From: Candidatus Marinacidobacterales bacterium
Lineage (GTDB): Bacteria; Acidobacteriota; Vicinamibacteria; Marinacidobacterales; SMYC01
Length of the DNA: 64,000 bases
Assembly: GCA_965224085.1 (NCBI GenBank)
Contig: CBDCYI010000005.1
Coordinates: 448,001-512,000, forward strand
Direction of reading: 5' to 3'
Position numbers and translations under genes: made by a program. Below are positions 1-11,496 of this stretch, piece by piece. Within the stretch, counting starts at the first letter, position 1, and the number at the start of each line of letters is the position of its first letter. Below the pieces are notes generated by a model. It was not told the origin of the DNA. It searched no databases and saw nothing but the letters and a program-made list of their open reading frames with translations.

Positions 1-590
1 TCGCTCGTCTCTCCGGAGACGCCCGCTCGATCCTCACCGGTGAGCGCACCGCGCTCAATTTCGTCGGGCGGCTTTCCGGCATTGCGACCTCTACCCGCAC
101 GTTTAAGGAGGCCATCGGCCGCACTCCCCCCGACCTCGTGAGCACGCGAAAAACGACGCCGGGGCTCCGCGTTCTCGAGAAATACGCCGTCATTGCGGGG
201 GGAGGAGGAACACACCGCTACGGGCTCTACGACGCCGTGCTCGTCAAGGACAATCACGTCGCGCTCGCCGGCGGCGTCCGCCAGGCGGTCGAGCGGGCTC
301 GCGAGAGCCTTGGGGCTCTGACGACGATCCAGGTCGAAGTCGACAGCCTCGATCAGCTCGAAGAGCTTCTCCTCCTCGGAGTCGATGCCGTTCTGCTCGA
401 CAACATGGACCCCGACACCCTGCGGCGCGCGGTCGAAATGTGTGCCGGGAAGATCCTCACCGAGGCCTCCGGAGGGATCACCCTCGAGAAAATTCGGGCC
501 GTGGCCGATTCGGGCATCGATCGGATCTCGGTGGGCGCCTTGACCCATAGCGCTCGCGCTCTCGACGTCGCCATGGACGTCGAGCCCTGA
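1..590 (+). CDS. nadC: Nicotinate-nucleotide pyrophosphorylase (quinolinate phosphoribosyltransferase), 5' end outside window
   Basis: Frame open from base 3 ([17 protein letters not shown]), then [44 protein letters not shown]. Confidence 0.95.
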   Translation, partial: ARLSGDARSILTGERTALNFVGRLSGIATSTRTFKEAIGRTPPDLVSTRKTTPGLRVLEKYAVIAGGGGTHRYGLYDAVLVKDNHVALAGGVRQAVERARESLGALTTIQVEVDSLDQLEELLLLGVDAVLLDNMDPDTLRRAVEMCAGKILTEASGGITLEKIRAVADSGIDRISVGALTHSARALDVAMDVEP

Positions 591-680
591 GGGTGGACAG
601 CCAGGAGGTGACGACGAAGATCCATCCGTTGGATGCCATTCGTGGCGAGCCGCGCTGAGCCGGCCTTCGGGAAAAGGGTG

Positions 681-1830
681 CTACCTCGCCTCGACACTAG
701 ATCCGTTTCGGGGGCGCCCGAGCCCCTCCACGACGGTCCATCGCGAACCACTCGGGATCTCACCGAGCTCTTCCACTAGACCCGAGGGCCAGCGGATCTC
801 CACGTGCTGAGCCGAGTCTACTTCCCCCAGACCGAAGAGGACCTCGAGAGGGCTTTGCGACAAATAGCTACGACCTGCCTTGACCTCTTTGAAATAACGC
901 CGGCCGCCGGCCTCAATCTCAATGGTCACGCGCGCACCAATCCCGTCACGGTTCGAGCGACGTCCGACGAGTCGTAGCGCAATCCAGCCGTTCTCGTTGC
1001 CACCGAGGTTGCGCAGCAGGCGCACGGGCTGGCCACATTGCGTCAGGAGAATGTCCTCGTCACCGTCGAGGTCGTAGTCCCCGGGCACGGCGCCACGCGC
1101 AACATTTTCTTCTTTCAGAGCGGCTCCGAGCGACTGGGCCACCTCCTGAAAAGTGCCGTCACCTAGATTCTGGAAAACGAAGTTTCGCTCCTCATAAGTC
1201 GTCGTATCTTTGAATAAATGAACGTTGTCGATGATATGTCCATTGGCCACGAACAGATCGACATGAGCGTCGTTGTCGAAATCGAAAAAGAAAGTTCCGA
1301 AACCCACATAGTTGAGCGACGGCTCGGCGATTCCAGCATCGAAGGATTGCTCCACAAAGATCTCGCTCGAATCACCGCGGTAGAGCGCGTTGTACTCGAA
1401 ATCGAGATTCGTTACGACGATGTCCAAAAAGCCGTCGCCGTCATAGTCGGCCATGTCCGTGCCCATGCCGGCCTGCGCCTCGCCGTCTTCGGAGTATCCG
1501 ACTCCGGCTAGCAGTGTCACGTCGTCGAACTTGCCTCCGCCGTCGTTTCTGAAAAGGAAGTTCCTCATCGAGTCGTTGGCGACATAGAGATCGGCGTCTC
1601 CGTCGTTGTCGTAGTCTCCCCAAACGACACCGAGACTCTTGCCTTCTCCATCCACGAAGACACCGGCGTGCTCCGTAATGTCCGTGAACGTGGCGTCGCC
1701 GTTGTTCTTGAACAGAAGACTTGGCAAACGATGAACCCACGTCCTCGAAATGCATGTTCTTGCGCGGACTAGGACCCACAAGGAGTGCGGATGCAACGAG
1801 CACCGCGAAACGTGCACGACCGGTCACCAT
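681..1830 (-). pseudogene. CRTAC1 / FG-GAP + ASPIC-UnbV family protein with internal deletion and frame break near 1715
   Basis: Repeated GDYDNDG/DYDGDG motifs, AGMG, NRDGIGARV, SYLSQS..FGLG, IRWPSG. Signal-like start MVTGRARFAVLVASALL..HFEDV (ATG 1830) is in another frame and joins directly to LFKNNGD. Confidence 0.8.
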
Positions 1831-1873
1831 GGTCGACGAGTATGTCAAAAAACGCTGGGTCGCAGTGCGAAAG

Positions 1874-1903
1874 GGCCGGCCCCGGAGCACCGGGGCCGAC
1901 CCG
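1874..1903 (-). terminator. GC-rich hairpin downstream of the TonB receptor (possible terminator)
   Basis: GGGCCGGCCCCGG-AGCA-CCGGGGCCGACCC inverted repeat followed by only a short T run on the minus strand. Confidence 0.45.
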
Positions 1904-1924
1904 TACTGGAAACCCGATAGGACG

Positions 1925-3560
1925 TCAGAAACGGTAGCGGATACCGAACTGCGCCTGTCGTGAATCGCCGACCCGGTTCAATGCTGTGAACGTGGAGCGA
2001 CTGAAGTTCGTATTCGTGGTCCTTCGATTGGCGCTGTTGAACAAATTGAACACGTCCAAAAGAAGCTCGAGACTCCCCGCCGAACCGAAATCGAGCGCTT
2101 TCGAGAGGCGAATGTCCACATTGTAGAAACTCGGCTGGCGAGCGCTGTTCCGCGGCTGGAGGCCGTCCGGGGTATCGAGTCCGGATGGACAGTTCGAGCT
2201 GTCGATCACGGGACGATCATTCCGTAGGCCGTCTCCGTTGTCGTCGAAGCCGGACGTGATGTTGTAGGGATCGCCGGTGTTCATGATGATCGTTGAGCTG
2301 AGCTGGACGTCCGCTGGCAATGCCCAGACGACGCTTCCAACGAAGCGGTGGCGCACGTCACGATCACTGGGTCCGCGATCGACACCAAAGCTCTCGGGTT
2401 GCGACGGCCCGATCCCGGTTGCGCTGCGCTCATTGTCGTCTTCCGAGACGTTGTCCGAATAAGTGTAGTAGGCCTGAAAGAGCGAGCCTCCCGACAATCG
2501 TTTCCGGGCGGAGAAGACGAAGGCATAGTAGCGGCCGTTGGCATTCGACTGGTTGAGGGCTAGCCGACGGAAGCGTGGACCGGGACGGTTCCTGGAATCG
2601 AATAGCGCGCGTCCAAGCCCGTCAGTTTGCCCTGTATCCGTAATGTTGAGATCGACTCGCCTCTGGCCACGATCGGAGTCTGCATAGACGACGTCGACAC
2701 CCACGGAGAGATTCTGGACGACCTCACGCTCCACACCGACGTTGAAACGGGTGATTCGAGGGTTGCGAAAATCGGGATCCCAGAAAAAAACGTCCACCGG
2801 AATCGCTTCCAGCTGTGCGGAAAGAGGATCGTCGGGCGGCAGGCCCGCTTCGGGAAAAATTCCCGGAAACGTAAACGGCAGTACATCGAACCCGCTGCGA
2901 AGATCCACGGTTCCCTGACGAAAACCGTTATTAGTGAGGATGTTGGCGATCAAGAGCAGGGGTGTCCGTGAATAAAAAATACCCGCGCCGCCTCGGATGA
3001 CCGTCCGACCGTCATTGTTCGGGTCCCAGGCGATGCCGAATCGAGGAGCCCATTGGTTCCAGTCGTCAACGACCTCCTGTTGATCGAGGCCGAAAATATC
3101 GCCCGGTTCTTTGGGGTTGCGCGTCGGATTTCCGAATTGCTCCGTTGGGACGGTCGGATTGTCGAGTCCTTCCCACCTGAGGCCCGCGTTGACGGTCAAA
3201 CCAGGCTTCGGACGCCACGTATCCTGAACGTAGAGCGCGTACTCGTTTTGACCGAAATCGACGCTGCCCGATTGAAGTGTCGTGAAGCCGTTCAGCCCAA
3301 CGAGCTGCCGGAATCGGTTGGGGTTGCTGGCGATGTAGTCCTCGAGCGTGTTGAAGTCCCACTGCCCGCCGGAAAAGCCGATAAATGCTTGCTTGGTGTT
3401 CGTGAGGTTGATATCACCACCGACTTTCAGATCATGAGTACCGAACAAATACGTGAAGTTATCCGTGATTTGAAGGCGCGTATGCTCTGATGTGATCGGT
3501 AGAAATCCGGTGCGGCCAAAGTCTCCGACGTCACCGATGTTGACCTCGGGAACCTCGTTG
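1925..3560 (-). pseudogene. TonB-dependent receptor (Oar-like), C-terminal barrel only
   Basis: YALYVQDTWR..LTVNAGLRWE, APRFGIAWDP, DVFNLFN, terminal QFGIRYRF; plug and N-terminus missing. Confidence 0.88.
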
Positions 3561-4505
3561 GTAGCCCCGAGACGCGGCCGGCGCACCGGCTTGAACCGGG
3601 TGCGTGACGTCGACACAACCCACCTCATGATGCGCGAGCTCGACCTCCAACAACAGCTTCGCGCGATCGAAGATCCGTCTCGCAACATCACCCTCGACGA
3701 GCTCGTGGAGACTCGGGCCAGCTTCGATCATCTTCCCGTTCTCGCCGCCGCCGGCATTGTCTATGGCGGGGCCGAGGCCAAGATTCCGGTGAGCTTCGCC
3801 GTGCCGTACAGCGCATTGGGCCGCGAACGCTCCGCCGAACAAGTGCAATACCGTCTCGACTATCTTGTGCGGCTCATGAATGACGAAGAAGTAGAGGTGG
3901 CGCGTCGAGAGGACGCTCTTACGATCCGCCTTCCCGCGGATCAAGAGGCACGATCGAAGCAGAGAATGCTGAACTTCGAGGAGAGTCTCACCGCTGAGCC
4001 CGGCCGCTATCGACTCCAGGTGTTCGTCCGAGACCTACGTCGTGAAGCGCTCGGGGTATTCGAACGTGACCTCGAGGTCGCGCCGGCGCGAGACGGCGGC
4101 CTGTCTCTCAGCTCTCTTTTCGTTGCGGGTGCCATCATCAAAGGAGCCTCTCTCGCGACACCTCGGCCGTTTCGATTCGGGCCGGTGCGCGTCGTACCTA
4201 GCCTGGATGCAAGCTTCGGGCAGGATCAGAGTGTGGCGTTCTACCTCGAGGCATACGGAACTCAGAACGACGTCGACGAGCGCAAACGTATCCGAGTCGA
4301 GATCTTCGTGATGCGGGACGACCGGCTGTTCATGGGCATCCCTACCAGTTTTCTCCGACCGGCCGCCGAACCCGTAGGGATCAGCGCGATGATTCCACTC
4401 CGCAAGTGCTCCCCAGGCGACTACGTGCTTCGCATCCGAGTAACCGATGAAGTGACGGGCGAGCGATTGGAAAGGGAATCGTCATTCACCGTCCGCGGCG
4501 AGTAA
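3560..4505 (+). pseudogene. GWxTD-associated protein, C-terminal fragment
   Basis: PGRYRLQVFVRD, LSLSSL, F.FG..RVVPS, PGDYVLRIRVTDEVTG typical of GWxTD/VWA C-terminal domains; no N-terminus. Confidence 0.65.
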
Positions 4506-4694
4506 CCGCACTATGCTACAACGACATAATGTCACCGCAACATAGTAATGCACCAAGCGGACGCAACGTTTTTGAAACTCCGTATCGGAGCTCCACGTTA
4601 GAATCAGGCCGGCGTCCGCTGCAGCTGGTAGCCTAGAGCTGGCCGCAGCTTTCGGAAGGCTCGCCCCCGCGGCGGATCCGGCCGTTTCGTTTTG

Positions 4695-6540
4695 ATGAAA
4701 CGTTACCGCGACAGTCGATGGGATCCTCGTTGCCGGAGTTGCGATCCTCGCCTACGTCAACAATCTAGGCAACGGCTTCGCCTACGACGACCGTTTCATC
4801 ATCGAACAGAACCCGCTCGTCCAGAGCCTCGATTGGTGGGGACTCGTTACGGCAAGCTATTGGGGCGAGATCGTCCACGCTGAACTCTATCGACCGCTCA
4901 CGCTCACAAGCTTTGGACTGAACCGAGCGCTAGGCGTGAGCTCCTTTGGCTTTCACCTCGTGAACGATCTCCTTCATGCAGGCGCGAGTGTTGTGGTTCT
5001 ACTCGTCGCGCGCGCACTCGGTCTGTGCCGCTACGTTTGTCTCGCGGCCGCGCTTCTCTTCGCGCTTCACCCCATCCAAACCGAAGCCGTCAACGCGATC
5101 GTGGGGCGCGGCGAAATCCTCGCCTTCGTTTTCGCGATCGGCGCGTTTCTGCTCTACGTACGAAAGAAGCACGCGGTTTTGGTCGGCCTGCTTTTTTTTC
5201 TCGCACTGTGCTCAAAGGAGAGTGCGGCCTTCGCCCTCCCGCTCTTCGCGCTTTATTGGCTCCTGTTCGAGCGTCGCGATCTGCTCCCCATGGCGGGCGC
5301 TGTCATCGTCTATGTGGCGCTCCGAGTGAGCGCGCTCGGCGGATTTGGCATCGGCGGCCGCGAGATTGGCTTTCTCGACAACCCCATCGCTGGCGCGCCC
5401 GTCGCGAGCCGTGTGTTGACCGCACCAGCCCTTCTCGCGAAATATGCCGGGCTCGTGCTTTGGCCGGGACCACTCTCCGCGGACTATTCCTACAACCAAA
5501 TCCCCATCCCGAGCTCGCTCGACTTTCGCGTCCTCGTTGGGCTCGCCATCGTCGTCGGGCTTTCGTTGCTGGCGTGGAAGCGGCGCGGAGCGGTCGCGTT
5601 CGCGGCGATGGCGTTCCTTCTGCCGCTCGCGGGATTTCTTCACATCATCTTTCCGCTCGGATCCCTGTTCGCGGAGCGGCTCACCTACCTCCCGATGCTC
5701 GGCGCGGCCCTTCTCATAGCACTTGCACTGAATGCGCTCCCTCGCCGCTCGGTGCTACTCGTGGTCCTCGTCGTCGCCTGCGCGGCGCGCGTCGTCGCGC
5801 GCAACCGAGACTGGCTCGACAACGAGACACTGTTTCGCCGGACGGTGGCCACGTCGCCGCAGAGCGCGCGAAGCCACTTCCTGCTCGGCGCCGAGCTTCT
5901 CGAGCAAGCACGCTTCGACGAGAGCGCGGCTTTTTTTGAAGCCGGGCTCCAAATCGCCCCGCAGCATATCGGCGCTCGGATGAGCCTCGGTGAGACGCAG
6001 CTAGGAGCGGGAAATCCTGTCGAGGCGCACGCCGCCTTCGAGGATGCGCTCGCGCGCGCGCCCGGGGACGAGATTCGTGAGTGGGCGCTCAGGGCCGCGC
6101 TGGCAGCGGGACGGGAGCGCGCACGCAACGGCATCTGGGACGACGCCCACCGCCTATTCGAGCGCGCGCTCGAGCTCGACCCTCGAAACGTCGACGCAAG
6201 AAACTCGCTCGGCCTCGTTGCCGAGCGACAAGGCGACGCCGACACCGCACGAGGTCACTACGAGAGGGCGCTCGTCATCGAAGCCGACTACACGCCCGCC
6301 ATCCTGAACCTCGCCAGCGTGCGCATGCAGATGGGCGAGCTTGAAGCCGCGGTCGAGCTTTTTTCGAGAGCCGTGGCTCTCGCGCCGAGCTCGTACGAGG
6401 CCTACAATGGCCTGGGGATCGCCATGGCACGACAGGGACGAAACGACGAGGCCGAAGCGGCTTTTCGAAAAGCGCTCGCGATCGATCCCGAGCTCGATGC
6501 CGCGCGGGACAACCTCCGCGCGCTCGGGAAAATGCCATGA
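4695..6540 (+). CDS. TMTC-like (GT-C) protein O-mannosyltransferase with C-terminal TPRs; apparent +1 frameshift near 4722
   Basis: Frame upstream of 4936 reads ILVAGVAILAYVNNLGNGFAYDD..LYRPLT; LFALHPIQTEAV, SKESA, LSADYS, FAERLTYLP, RNRDW; ATG 4695 is off by one G. Confidence 0.85.
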
Positions 6541-7913
6541 GCTTCGTCCTCAGAGCGCTTCTTTTTTTGGGAGCTCTCACGCAAGATCCTGTGCAGGAAG
6601 CCCGGGCGCTCGTAGAACAAGGGCAGAGCCTTCAGGCGCTCCAGGTGCTCGAAAAGGCCTCGCGCGCGCGGCCGGATGACGCCGCAATCCAGCTTGCGCT
6701 CAGCGCGCTCTATGCGGCCGGTGGACGGGTCGAGGAGGCCCTCCGGCACGTCGAGCGCGCGGTGGCGCTAGCGCCGAACGACACGTCCTACGCCTACGCC
6801 CAGGGAGAGCTTCTCTACCGCAGCGGGCGTATCGAGGAAGCCAAAGCGGCGCTCGAAAAGGCCGCCGACGTTCCCGAATCGCTAATCCTGCTCGCCGCCG
6901 TCTACGAGAAGCTCGGGCCGAAAGACGCGATGTTCTCTGCGCTCGGCCGCTATCTCGAGCTCCGGCCAGAAGACCAAAGCGCGCGGCTCATGCTCGGCCA
7001 GAAGCTCGAGGCGGAAAAGCGCTACGACGACGCGCTCGTTGCATACCGGGGCGGCCCGGACGATCCCCTGCTGCTCTATCACGTCGCCAATCTGTTGAGC
7101 CGCGATCGTGAGAGCTATGCAGAAGCCGAAGCGCAAGTGCGCAAGGCGCTCGAAATCTCTCCCGAGATGCTCGCAGCACGACTCCTTCTCACGCGCATTC
7201 TCGAGCGCACCGAGCGTGATGAGGAAGCGCTCCCGGAGCTCGAAAGAGCACGGAAGGACCATCCGGAAGCATCCCAGGTCTATTACAACCTCGCGACGGC
7301 TTATCGGCGGGCGGGCCGGATCGACGAGGCCCAGGACGCGGCTGCGCGGTTCCAGGAGCTCAGCCGAGAAGAGCAAGCCAAAGACGAGCGCGAAGCTCGA
7401 AGCGCCGCAACTTACAAACGCGCCGTCGATCTTCTCACTCGCGGGAACATGCGCGAGGCCGAAAGCGTTTTTGCGAGCGTGCTCGATATCGACCCAGAGC
7501 ACTCCCTCGCGCGCTCGATGCTCGCGAAGATTGCTTTTTCCAAAGGCGACGTCCAAGCCGCCTATGAGTGGATCACCGAAGCCATCGAAAAAGACGACGG
7601 TGTCGGTGAGTTCTACTATCTCGCGGCTCTCTTTCTCATGCGGGCGGGAAAACTAGCGGAAGCGAAGCCCGCCGTCGAGCGGGCCGTACGCCTCGACGAG
7701 GCCTTCCCAGATGCGTGGTCGCTTCTGGGCTCTATCTTGATGGATTCGAAGGACCCAGAACAAGCGGTGGAATGTTTCTCGCATGCGGCCGCGCTCGAGC
7801 CCCAAAACGCCACGACCCAGCTGAACCTCGCTTCAGCCTACGCCGCGCTCGGGAACACGGCCGAAGAGCAAGCCGCGATGGCCCGCTATCACGAGCTGAG
7901 CGCACGGCGCTAG
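6537..7913 (+). CDS. Exported tetratricopeptide repeat protein
   Basis: Signal peptide plus many TPR units; ATGA overlap with upstream gene. Confidence 0.85.
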   Translation: MSFVLRALLFLGALTQDPVQEARALVEQGQSLQALQVLEKASRARPDDAAIQLALSALYAAGGRVEEALRHVERAVALAPNDTSYAYAQGELLYRSGRIEEAKAALEKAADVPESLILLAAVYEKLGPKDAMFSALGRYLELRPEDQSARLMLGQKLEAEKRYDDALVAYRGGPDDPLLLYHVANLLSRDRESYAEAEAQVRKALEISPEMLAARLLLTRILERTERDEEALPELERARKDHPEASQVYYNLATAYRRAGRIDEAQDAAARFQELSREEQAKDEREARSAATYKRAVDLLTRGNMREAESVFASVLDIDPEHSLARSMLAKIAFSKGDVQAAYEWITEAIEKDDGVGEFYYLAALFLMRAGKLAEAKPAVERAVRLDEAFPDAWSLLGSILMDSKDPEQAVECFSHAAALEPQNATTQLNLASAYAALGNTAEEQAAMARYHELSARR

Positions 7914-9242
7914 AGCTAGTCTCCGCTCGAGTCGCACCCTCATCGCACCTTCACCACGATTTCGACGGTCGCGGCGCCGGAAAAGACACGTCCCATCGAC
8001 GTCTTCGCAAACGTAATAGAGAGCGTAAGCGGGAATCGTAACGTCTCCCTCGAAATCCGAGGGCGTCTGCAGCTCGAACTCGACATGTCTCGGCTCTCGA
8101 CTCACCGGCTCGGGCGGGATGGCGACGGCGTGGCGCCGGGCATCCACTTGCCATCCGTCGGGAACGTCCACCCAGAAGACGGTGTCGTCCACTTCGTTGT
8201 TCCAATGAGCTTTCTTCGAGAGGTCGGGCCGAAAGACGACGTGCACCCTCACACTCTTGCCGGGAGCGACCCTCGACGGAACCATCACCGTCTCGACGCC
8301 GATGAGCGGCGCTTCGTCTCGGAAGATGCGCCCCTCTGGATCGGGCGGCTCGCGCTCGGTTCCCGAGCTGATGAACGCCTTCACGGGCTCGGCAAACTCG
8401 GCGCCCCTGGGCTCGACCGCGAGTGCTATGGCCGTCTCTCCGCGCGCTTCGATCGCGGCGCGCGCTTCGGGAACCCAGTCATAAAAGGGGTACGGCTTGT
8501 CGAGCGGGGGTCCATATTGCTGGATACGTCGGCGGAAGATGTACTGGTTCGGGTCGAGCTCGAGAGCTTGCACCCAGTGCTCGACCGCCTTCGCGAAGTC
8601 GTCAGGCTTCCGCGCGTCGGAGTCGTAGCGCTTGCGATAGGCTACGCCGAGACGAAAGTGCGCGCGCGCGTCGGGCTCGGCGACGCGCTTTAGGAGGCCG
8701 GCAATCGCGTCGCTCACGTCGCCGCCCCAAAGGAGCACGTGCTCCGGCGAATCCTCGGCAACGTCGAGCTCCGTTCCCCGGCCGGGCACATGCGTGTAAT
8801 CCGTCGTGAGGAAAACCTCGAGGTCCTCGTCGCTAGGCCGTTCGTAGCGGACGATGCCCGCTTCGTCGATGAGATAGGTGAGCGGCACCGCCAAGACGTC
8901 GAGCAAGTTCAGCGAATCGATGAGAAGCGGCCAGCTCATTTCCTTCCACTGCATGAACAGGCGGGTACGGTCGGGATGTTGCTCTTCGATGATGCCGACC
9001 ATCTGGAGCTTGCCTTCGTCTTGAAGCGTCTTCGTTCTCTCGTGCCACCCGGGCACGTGCTTGCGGCAGCCCGCTCACCAGGAGGCCCACACATGGAGCA
9101 TCACCTTCTCGCCGCGGAAGTCCTGGAGCGAGAGCGGGACTCCGTCATCGCTCGATGGAAGCGTCAGCGCGGGCGCGGGCGCGCCGACCGTGAACGGCGA
9201 AGGCGCGGCCGCGAGCATCAAAGCGAAAGCAAAAGCCGGCAT
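7833..9242 (-). CDS. Putative selenoprotein: signal peptide + TlpA/redoxin domain (UxxC) + TPR + DsbD-N-like domain
   Basis: GAGAGG RBS, ATG 9242, frame MPAFAFALMLAAAP..SLQDFRGEKVMLHVWASW-TGA(9077-9075)-AGCRKH continues in frame into ORF 7833..9056; YYVCEDVDGTC near C-terminus; probable late frameshift, true stop near 7940. Confidence 0.85.
9041..9057 (-). promoter_or_regulatory. Candidate bacterial SECIS element
   Basis: CGUGCC-CGGGU-GGCACG hairpin starting 17 nt 3' of the in-frame UGA, with G-containing apical loop. Confidence 0.7.
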
Positions 9243-9320
9243 AGCGAACACCTCTCGACCATCAATCTACCATGACCACGCAACGCTTCGATTGTCGGCG
9301 GGAAACGGTACCATTACCGC

Positions 9321-9734
9321 ATGAGCGAGACGCCGACATCCATTCTCTTTCTCTGCGTCGCCAACTCGGCGCGGAGCCAAATGGCGGAAGGGCTGGCCCG
9401 CTCTCTCGCGCCCGAAGGAGTCGCGATCCTGAGCGCCGGCTCGATGCCGGCCCAAGTGAACCCCTACGCGATCGAGGTCATGAGCGAGATTGGGATCGAT
9501 CTTTCGACGCATCACGCAAAGTCCGTCGACGACATCCCCAAAGAGGAGGTCGCGACCGTCATCACGCTCTGCGCCGAAGAGGTGTGCCCGGTTTTCCCGG
9601 GCGAGGTGGAAAAGCTACATTGGCCGCACAAAGACCCCGCGGGCACCGTCGGATCGAAAGAAGAGATACTCGAATCGTTCCGCCGCGTTCGCGATCAAAT
9701 CCGCTCCAAGCTCGTCGCATTCTTCGAAAGGTAG
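9321..9734 (+). CDS. arsC: Arsenate reductase, thioredoxin-coupled (LMW-PTP fold)
   Basis: [13 protein letters not shown]-loop, TLCAEEVCP resolving cysteines, HW..KDPA. Confidence 0.9.
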   Translation: MSETPTSILFLCVANSARSQMAEGLARSLAPEGVAILSAGSMPAQVNPYAIEVMSEIGIDLSTHHAKSVDDIPKEEVATVITLCAEEVCPVFPGEVEKLHWPHKDPAGTVGSKEEILESFRRVRDQIRSKLVAFFER

Positions 9735-9740
9735 ACCCAG

Positions 9741-10288
9741 ATGTTTTGGATGCTGAACTGGATGCTTCTTCTGCTTCTCGCCGCCGAGAACTCGCCGTTC
9801 GCTGAGCTCGAGTGGCGCAATATTGGCCCTGCTGTCATGGGAGGCCGCGCCTCCGACATCGAAGGCGTGCCGGGCGATCCGCGCATCGTCTATGCCGCGG
9901 CCGCTTCCGGCGGTGTATGGAAGACCACCGATGGCGGCATCAAGTGGCAGCCGATCTTCGACGAGCAGCCGGTCGCTTCGATTGGCGACATTGCGCTCGA
10001 GCCGGGGAATCCGGCCGTTCTCTACGTGGGCACGGGCGAAGCCAATCTTCGCAACAGCGTCTCCTTCGGAAACGGTGTCTACAAAACGACCGATGGCGGC
10101 GAAAGCTGGAAGCATCTCGGCCTCGAGGACACGCGCCACATCTCCCGCATCCTCATCGACCCGAAAGAGCCGAAGCGGGTCTACGTGGGCGCTCTGGGCC
10201 ACGCTTTCGGACCCAATGAAGAGCGAGGCGTCTTTCGAAGCGTGGATGGCGGCGAGCATTGGGAGAAGGTGCTCTACGTCGACGAGCG
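9741..10288 (+). pseudogene. VPS10/sortilin-like BNR glycosyl hydrolase, N-terminal fragment
   Basis: LEWRNIGPAVMGGR, GGVWKTTDGG, GNGVYKTTDGGESW; paralog of 49407..52520; similarity ends at VLYVDE. Confidence 0.85.
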
Positions 10289-10998
10289 ACAGCACGTCGT
10301 GCACCGGAACCCTCGTCGGACCGAGGCACGTGGTGACGGCGGGACACTGCGTCAAGGGCGGCGGCAACATATGGTATGACTTCTTCGTGATCCCGGGTCG
10401 CGATGGAACACTCTCGCCCTACGGGTCGGCTCACATGAGCGACACCGAGGGGCTGAACACTGGATTTCGCTGGTACTGGATCCCGGCGGCGGCTGTCAAC
10501 ACCCCCGGCAACTGGTACACGGGCCTTGACATCGCCATCCTCATCCTCCCCCAGCGGCTGGGAGACGTGGCCGGGTGGATGGGCACGGCAGCGCGATCGG
10601 AGAACGCGCTGACCTCGTCGTACCAGCGGAATCTCGGCTACCCGGCTCAGTCCGGGGGATCGCCCATCGGCTACCACGCCAGCCTGGTCGAGGGTGCGCT
10701 CTACGGGGACCTCAACCAGTGCAACGTCGGCGACTACGACCACTACGACGCCCAGGGGTGGGCCCGGCTGGCCAATCACGCCTGCGACCTCACGTCGGGC
10801 CACAGCGGCGGCCCGATCTACCACTGGTTCTTCGATCCCCCAAACGGGTCGTTTCCAGTGGTGAGCCTGATCATCAGTCACCATTCGGCCTTTGCGAACG
10901 ACTTCGACTGTCCTAACAATCCCCGGCCGTACAGCGCCACGAGAATCACCGCGGAGTACATCAACCAGCTTCTGTTCATGTTGAGCTGGAAGCCCTGA
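10289..10998 (+). pseudogene. Trypsin-like (V8/glutamyl endopeptidase) serine protease fragment lacking N-terminus
   Basis: CTGTLVGPRHVVTAGHC, LDIAIL, CDLTSGHSGGP catalytic triad motifs. Confidence 0.8.
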
Positions 10999-11002
10999 GT
11001 GC

Positions 11003-11113
11003 TCAGCACACCTATCTATTGAAAGAACCCATCGCTATCCCGAGCGGAACGCGCATTTTCGTTACGGCGCATTTCGACAACTCCAAACGTAACGCGTTCA
11101 ATCCGGATCCGAC
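11003..11113 (+). pseudogene. Remnant of copper type II ascorbate-dependent monooxygenase-like C-terminal domain
   Basis: [36 protein letters not shown]. Confidence 0.55.
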
Positions 11114-11448
11114 TACGAGCGCATAGGCTTTCGACTTGTCGAAGCGGGCGCCGTAGCCGCGAAAATATCCGCCCTGCAATATCGTGATGTACGCATCGCG
11201 AGGATGGTGATGCGGGGGCTTCGAATATCCGGCGGGATAGCGCAAGCGCAAGACGAAAGGCCCGGGCGCGTCCGGGTCGCCGTACAGAACGGCTCGCTCG
11301 ACACCGCTCGGTAGAGTCTCCCAGTCCAGCGCGTCGCTATGCAGAACGACAGGATCCTCGAGCCCTGCAGCGAAAGCCAGGGTGAGTCCCAGGGCCAGAA
11401 GGACAGTGAGGAAAAAGCTGGCTTTTTTTTCACTTTCGTTACTTTCAT
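11113..11448 (-). pseudogene. Exported cupin (DUF4437-like), frameshifted and truncated
   Basis: RLRYPAGYSKPPHHHPRDAYITILQG..GYGARFD; signal region in other frames. Confidence 0.65.
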
Positions 11449-11496
11449 TTTTTTCGATCCTTTAGAAACGGACTTTTCAGAACGACGACGACGAAG

